From Candidatus Liptonbacteria bacterium RIFCSPLOWO2_01_FULL_56_20 (GTDB lineage: Bacteria > Patescibacteriota > Minisyncoccia > UBA6257 > 2-01-FULL-56-20): DNA of 54,420 bases. Where the stretch lies: the NCBI GenBank assembly GCA_001818655.1, contig MHLC01000026.1, positions 1-54,420 of the forward strand. The letters are read 5' to 3'. Under the pieces are notes generated by a model. That model saw only the letters and a list, made by a program, of their open reading frames with translations, was not told the origin of the DNA and did no database searches. Position numbers and translations under genes: made by a program. Below, piece after piece: positions 50,060-54,420 of this stretch (the stretch's first letter is position 1; each line of letters begins with the position of its first letter).

Positions 50060-50867
50060 GGTCAGCATCATCCTGCCCGTCTACAATGGCGCGCGTTTTA
50101 TCGCGCGAGCCATTGAGAGCGTGCTCAAGCAGAATTTCGCACAATGGGAGCTGATCGTTGTGGACGACGGGTCGGATGACGAAACGCCGGAGATAGCCGG
50201 TTCTTTTGCGAAGCGGGATGCGAGAGTCCGTTATTTACGGAACCCGGAAAACCTCGGCATTCAACGCACGTTGAACCGCGGCCTTTGCGAGGCGCGCGGC
50301 CGGTATGTCGCGCGGCTTGACGATGACGACGTGTGGCTTGACGGGGGCAAACTCGGGTCGCAGGCGGATTTTCTTGATTCGCATCCCGATCACGTCCTCG
50401 TCGGCACGGGCGCGATCGTGGCCGATGAACAAGGGCGGGAGCTTTTCCGCTTTATGGGGCTCCTGACCGACGAGAAGATCAGGAACACTCTCCTTCGCAA
50501 GAATTGCTTCACTCACTCGACCGTGATGTTCCGGCGGGACGCCGTTTTGGCGGTCGGCGGCTACTCGGAGGATGCGCGTACCCGCCACGTGGAGGACTAC
50601 GATCTGTGGCTTCGGCTGGGCACCCGGGGCCTTCTCGCGAACCTGCCTCTGTTTGCGATCCAGAGCACCCTCCGTTCAGGCAACATAAGCTGGCGCAACA
50701 AACCGGAGCAGTTGAAGAAGGACATTGAACTCGTGAAACGGTATAGAGGGTCGTATCCTCGCTCCCGTTCCGCTCTCGTCTTTGCGTGGGTCCGGTACGC
50801 GCTGTACCGGCTGCTTCCTTTCTTCCCGTTCAGAAAAATCGCGCTCAAGCTGTATAAGACGTATTAA
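50037..50867 (+). CDS. family 2 glycosyltransferase
   Basis: VSIILPVYNGARFIARAIESVLKQNFAQWELIVVDDGSDDETPEI, DDDD.W. Confidence 0.8.
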   Translation: MPQRTPCKVSIILPVYNGARFIARAIESVLKQNFAQWELIVVDDGSDDETPEIAGSFAKRDARVRYLRNPENLGIQRTLNRGLCEARGRYVARLDDDDVWLDGGKLGSQADFLDSHPDHVLVGTGAIVADEQGRELFRFMGLLTDEKIRNTLLRKNCFTHSTVMFRRDAVLAVGGYSEDARTRHVEDYDLWLRLGTRGLLANLPLFAIQSTLRSGNISWRNKPEQLKKDIELVKRYRGSYPRSRSALVFAWVRYALYRLLPFFPFRKIALKLYKTY

Positions 50868-52327
50868 TGAAGCGGATCTTGCCGGCGGAGAATGGCGGTG
50901 AGCAGCGGTTCGCGGAGGACAAAAAGCGTGGCGAGGTATAGGGCGGCGGAGAGAGCGACGTTCACGAGCACCGGCGCCCCGGCGAATGCGACGAGAGCCG
51001 TCACGGCCGACATGAGGAGCGTCGCTGCCGCAATTCGCGGAAGATGCGGCCAAGGGGCGAGGGGGACGATGCGGCGCAGTTTTATCCAGTTCGTGCCGAC
51101 CGTTAAGAGGAGTGCGATAACAGTGGCAACAGCCGACCCGGTAATTCCGTAGGGAGGGATGAGGAGGTAGTCGAAGAGGACGTTTGCTCCCGCGCCCAAG
51201 GCGGTGGAGGCGATAAATGCTTTTTGCGCGTCGTGCGCGAAGATCGTATTCGCGATAAGCGCACCCGGGAATACGAGAAGCACGGTCGAAAGAAGTAGCT
51301 GAAAAGCCGGTGTGGCCTCGGCGTATACGGAGCCGAAAAGAAGCTCCAGAAGCGGTCGGGCTACGATTATGCCTCCTGCGGCAAGCGGCAGAGCCATAAG
51401 GAAAGCCGCGGCGAGAGATTTTTCGGTGACGAGGCGTATGCGCCAGCCGTCTTTCTCCTGAACGAGGCGGCTTATGATCGGGAAAAGGCCGGCGCTAAGG
51501 AGCGCCGGCAAGAGGTAGAAGAGCTGGATGGGACGCTGGGCCGCGCCGTAGAGCCCCAGTTCATGTGCGCTCCGGAACCAGCCGATGAAGAGAATGTCGA
51601 TGTTGATCATAAACCCTCCGAAGAGCCCCATGACGGCGAAAGGCCACGCGCTTTTTAGGATCGGCCGCACGAGCGTCCGGTCAAAGTGCGAGATGAGATT
51701 TCTGAACTGCCTGATTATGAAAAAGAATACCAGGAGAAAACCTATGCCGCTGCCCATGGTGTAGCTCATCGCGAGGGCGGCTGGTGTCGGTTTAAAGAAA
51801 AGCACCGCGAGGCTCAATCCTGTGATCGCGACGTTCGTCGCAACGCTGAACAGCGCCTCCAGATCCATCCGGTTCTGGGCATGGGTAACGGAAAAGCCGA
51901 AGTCGCGCAGGGAATCGAAAACGAGAAGGAGGGCGATGAGCGGAATGAGCGCCCGCGCTTCGGGAATCCTGGTGAAAAGCGGCGCGATCGTGACCGTGGC
52001 GAGCGTGGTAATGCTGAGGACAATGAGCTTGAGGGTGAAGGTCGTGGAAAAATACGCCTTCAGCGCCTCAGGTTTTTTAACCGCTTCCCGCGTGAACAGG
52101 GGAGAGAGGCCGATGTCGGAGAAGATGGTGAAGAACGCCGCAAGAGAAAGGGCGTAGGAGAAGATGCCGTAGCCCTCCGTGCCCAAAACCCTCGCCGCGT
52201 AAATGATAAGTACGGCGCGGATGACCTTGCTTACGAACGCGCCCGTCGTAAGCCAAAAAACATTCCTTAGCGCCGTCTCGCGGAGACCGGCGCCGCGGGG
52301 AAAAAGAGAGTTGATTTTTTTCCACAT
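50864..52327 (-). CDS. polysaccharide flippase (Wzx / MOP superfamily)
   Basis: About 487 aa, 12-14 TMs, with the N-terminal NVFWLTTGAFVSKVIRAVLIIYAARVLGTEGYG typical of Wzx. ATG at 52327 is preferred over TTG at 52345. Confidence 0.75.
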   Translation of the reverse strand: MWKKINSLFPRGAGLRETALRNVFWLTTGAFVSKVIRAVLIIYAARVLGTEGYGIFSYALSLAAFFTIFSDIGLSPLFTREAVKKPEALKAYFSTTFTLKLIVLSITTLATVTIAPLFTRIPEARALIPLIALLLVFDSLRDFGFSVTHAQNRMDLEALFSVATNVAITGLSLAVLFFKPTPAALAMSYTMGSGIGFLLVFFFIIRQFRNLISHFDRTLVRPILKSAWPFAVMGLFGGFMINIDILFIGWFRSAHELGLYGAAQRPIQLFYLLPALLSAGLFPIISRLVQEKDGWRIRLVTEKSLAAAFLMALPLAAGGIIVARPLLELLFGSVYAEATPAFQLLLSTVLLVFPGALIANTIFAHDAQKAFIASTALGAGANVLFDYLLIPPYGITGSAVATVIALLLTVGTNWIKLRRIVPLAPWPHLPRIAAATLLMSAVTALVAFAGAPVLVNVALSAALYLATLFVLREPLLTAILRRQDPLH

Positions 52328-52362
52328 CGCTATACGATGATGCAATATGAGCCTAACACACT

Positions 52363-52827
52363 ATGGCGGTTAAAAAAAAGAAGAAAGTAGTGGCGGTTTC
52401 CGGAGGATTTGACCCCATCCACGTCGGCCACATCCGAATGTTTGGAGAAGCGAAAAAACTTGGGGATGTGCTCGTCGTGATTTTAAATAACGATAACTGG
52501 CTCCGGAAGAAGAAAGGTGCGGTCTTCATGGCCGAGGGGGAGCGTAAGGAGGTGATCGAAGCTATTGGTTGCGTAGATAGGGTGGTGTTGACCCGGCACC
52601 CGCGGAATCCTGCCGACATGACCGTGAGCCGCGATTTGGCGCGCGTGAAGCCCCATATTTTCGCAAACGGCGGAGATCGGACCGCGCCCGACCGCAGAGA
52701 AGCCGCGGCGTGCGCTCGGATAAAATGTGCGATGGTCCACAACGTGGGCCGCGGCGGAAAAGTGCAATCAAGCTCGTGGCTTTTAACCAACTATTTGAGG
52801 CGGAACGGGAAGATCAAGCAGGTCTGA
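52363..52827 (+). CDS. cytidylyltransferase-fold nucleotidyltransferase (RfaE domain II / TagD-like)
   Basis: VVAVSGGFDPIHVGHIRMFGEAKKLGDVLVVILNND. Confidence 0.75.
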   Translation: MAVKKKKKVVAVSGGFDPIHVGHIRMFGEAKKLGDVLVVILNNDNWLRKKKGAVFMAEGERKEVIEAIGCVDRVVLTRHPRNPADMTVSRDLARVKPHIFANGGDRTAPDRREAAACARIKCAMVHNVGRGGKVQSSSWLLTNYLRRNGKIKQV

Positions 52828-52904
52828 ATGTTGCGTTGCGGGCGGCGGAAAGAAGCGCTGATGCAGTGCTAGTATCTGGCGCTTTGTGAACAAACAGGTG
52901 CGCG

Positions 52905-53831
52905 TCAACCCGACAGCGAGGTAATGGTCCTCTTTATCCCCTCGCGCAGCTGGATTTTGGGTTTCCAGCCGAGCACCCTTCGCGCACGCCTCGAGTCGAG
53001 CGAGATCTGATACACCTCGCCTTTGCGGTAGGGGGCGTAGCGTGGTTTTCCTCGGAAGCCCGTCTCGCGGGCGACCGCGTCAAATATCATCTGGTCGCTT
53101 ACGGGCTTACCCCATCCGATGTTCAATGTTTCGTTCCTGCCTCGCCGGAGCGCGATCTGGTTTGCTCGGACGATGTCGCTGACGTGCACATAATCGCGCT
53201 TTTTGGTCCCGTCGCCGAAAATAACGGGCCGCCTGCCTGCTTTCATGAGCCCGCCGAAGATCGCGACCACTCCTGCTTCGCCCTTGGGGTTCTGGCGTTC
53301 TCCGTAAACGTTCGGATAGCGGAGGATGAGGTGCGTGAAGCCGTATTGCCGGCTGTAGAATTTGATCGTCTCTTCTCCGAGAAATTTAGAGAGCCCGTAC
53401 GGCGAGAGCGCGATTGGCGGCGTCTCTTCTGGGGCGGGGATCTTTTTTGGTTCGCCGTAGATCGCGCCGCCGGTCGAGGAGAAAATGAATTTTTTATGTC
53501 GTCCCCGGCCGTGTTTCCCGAGCGCGAGGAGTACGTTGGCCGTGCCGATGATATTGGTCTCGTACGTGGGCGTGGGATTGCGCAGGGATTTTACCACCTC
53601 GGCGATCGCGGCGTGGTGGTTCACGACCTCCGGCCGCTCCTTCGTGAAGATCGCCTCCATGCGGCGGAGATCGCGGATGTCGGCATGGTAGAATGTTGCG
53701 CGCGGATCGACGTTTTTTCGGAAACCCGTCAGAAGATTATCTATGACAACGACTTTATGACCCGCCTTTATATAGGCGTCGGATACGTGACTGGCTATGA
53801 ACCCGGCGCCGCCGGTTACGATGATCTTCAT
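52905..53831 (-). CDS. NAD-dependent sugar epimerase (UDP-glucose 4-epimerase-like)
   Basis: MKIIVTGGAGFIASHV..., YGLSK (YxxxK). Confidence 0.8.
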   Translation of the reverse strand: MKIIVTGGAGFIASHVSDAYIKAGHKVVVIDNLLTGFRKNVDPRATFYHADIRDLRRMEAIFTKERPEVVNHHAAIAEVVKSLRNPTPTYETNIIGTANVLLALGKHGRGRHKKFIFSSTGGAIYGEPKKIPAPEETPPIALSPYGLSKFLGEETIKFYSRQYGFTHLILRYPNVYGERQNPKGEAGVVAIFGGLMKAGRRPVIFGDGTKKRDYVHVSDIVRANQIALRRGRNETLNIGWGKPVSDQMIFDAVARETGFRGKPRYAPYRKGEVYQISLDSRRARRVLGWKPKIQLREGIKRTITSLSG

Positions 53832-53833
53832 GA

Positions 53834-54420
53834 CTATCTTGGACTGACGAACAAGAGCTTTATTGTTTTGAGGAAAATGGCGACATCGAGGATCGGAGAG
53901 CGGTTCTTCAGGTAGTAGATATCATATTGGAGTTTTTGTATGACGTCGTCAATGGTCGCGTCTTTGCGGTGGTTGATCTGCGCCCATCCCGTGACGCCGG
54001 GCCGTATGAGGTAGCGGATCTCGTAATAGGGGACTTGCGGCGTGAGGCGGCGGATGATCTCCGGCCTTTCCGGCCGCGGACCGACGAATGAGAGCTCCCC
54101 TAATATGATGTTCCAGAGCTGGGGAAGTTCGTCCAGATGGGACGCCCGGAGCGCTCTGCCGATCGGCGTGGTGCGATCGTCGTGCGTGCCCGACCAGACC
54201 GCGCCGTTCGTTTCTGCGGAGCCGTCAGGGGCAAGGGCGACCATGGTGCGGAATTTATAGAGCGTGAATTCTCTTCCGCGCTCGCCGACTCGCGTCTGCC
54301 GATAGATCACCGGGCCCTCTGACGTAAGCTTGATCAAGGCGGCGATCAAGGCCACGAACGGCAGGAGCGCGACGCCGAGCGCGAGCGCCACGGAGAATTC
54401 GATGAGGTGCTTTATGCCTT
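53834..54420 (-). CDS. polyprenyl-phosphate sugar phosphotransferase (bacterial sugar transferase, PglC/WbaP C-domain type), N-terminus off window
   Basis: GPVIYRQTRVGERGREFTLYKFRTM, DELPQLWNIILGELSFVGPRP. The reading frame stays open beyond 54391 to the window end. Confidence 0.85.
   Translation of the reverse strand, partial: GIKHLIEFSVALALGVALLPFVALIAALIKLTSEGPVIYRQTRVGERGREFTLYKFRTMVALAPDGSAETNGAVWSGTHDDRTTPIGRALRASHLDELPQLWNIILGELSFVGPRPERPEIIRRLTPQVPYYEIRYLIRPGVTGWAQINHRKDATIDDVIQKLQYDIYYLKNRSPILDVAIFLKTIKLLFVSPR

Noticed and set aside
1-54420. CRISPR arrays, rRNA genes, transposases or integrases
   Set aside because: I found no regularly spaced direct repeats and no rRNA-like or transposase/integrase-like ORFs. 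The only short tandem repeat is the 24-nt duplication inside smpB.
1-54420. Alternative genetic code (UGA recoding, as in some CPR lineages)
   Set aside because: TGA terminates well-conserved genes at the expected lengths (for example rny at 27049-27051 and the GME-like gene at 30125-30127). Conserved genes contain no in-frame TGA, so the standard code fits.

Overview
54.4-kb, GC-rich, very gene-dense bacterial fragment that uses the standard code (TGA acts as a stop; conserved genes have no in-frame TGA). The gene content includes RNase J plus RNase Y, an archaeal-type PGI/PMI, an orphan membrane-anchored SBP5 protein, a large FN3-repeat surface protein and a DGR. This looks like a Patescibacteria/CPR (Parcubacteria-like) genome, but that is an inference I cannot verify. 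Positions 1-27,000 are mostly housekeeping. They hold infC-rpmI-rplT, tmRNA and SmpB, three aminoacyl-tRNA synthetases (argS, ileS, trpS), rnj, rny, gpmI, secG, tRNA-Leu and a DsbB/thioredoxin disulfide module. Positions 27,078-54,420 form one long mosaic glycan-biosynthesis locus. It encodes heptose-pathway genes, a GDP-mannose-3,5-epimerase-like enzyme, CgeB-like, GT1 and GT2 glycosyltransferases, two C-methyltransferases, FkbM, a flippase, two O-antigen-ligase-like proteins and a priming phosphotransferase. There are two main discoveries. First, a complete diversity-generating retroelement lies between argS and ileS (10846-13342). Its VR/TR pair shows adenine-specific mismatches, its avd gene is inverted and fills the whole TR-to-RT spacer, and the avd and RT start codons overlap. 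Second, ileS carries an in-frame insertion of about 205 aa that looks like an intact histidine-phosphatase (PGAM-type) domain. Secondary items are a short tmRNA followed by a structured 185-nt spacer, and a 102-nt tRNA-like element (acceptor stem and T-arm but no anticodon arm) between tRNA-Leu and rnj. Others are a non-canonical infC start, small nuclease genes in AT-rich islets, and several unusual enzyme combinations in the glycan locus. All calls rest on reading the ORF translations and the DNA by eye. No database search was run, and start codons are often uncertain.
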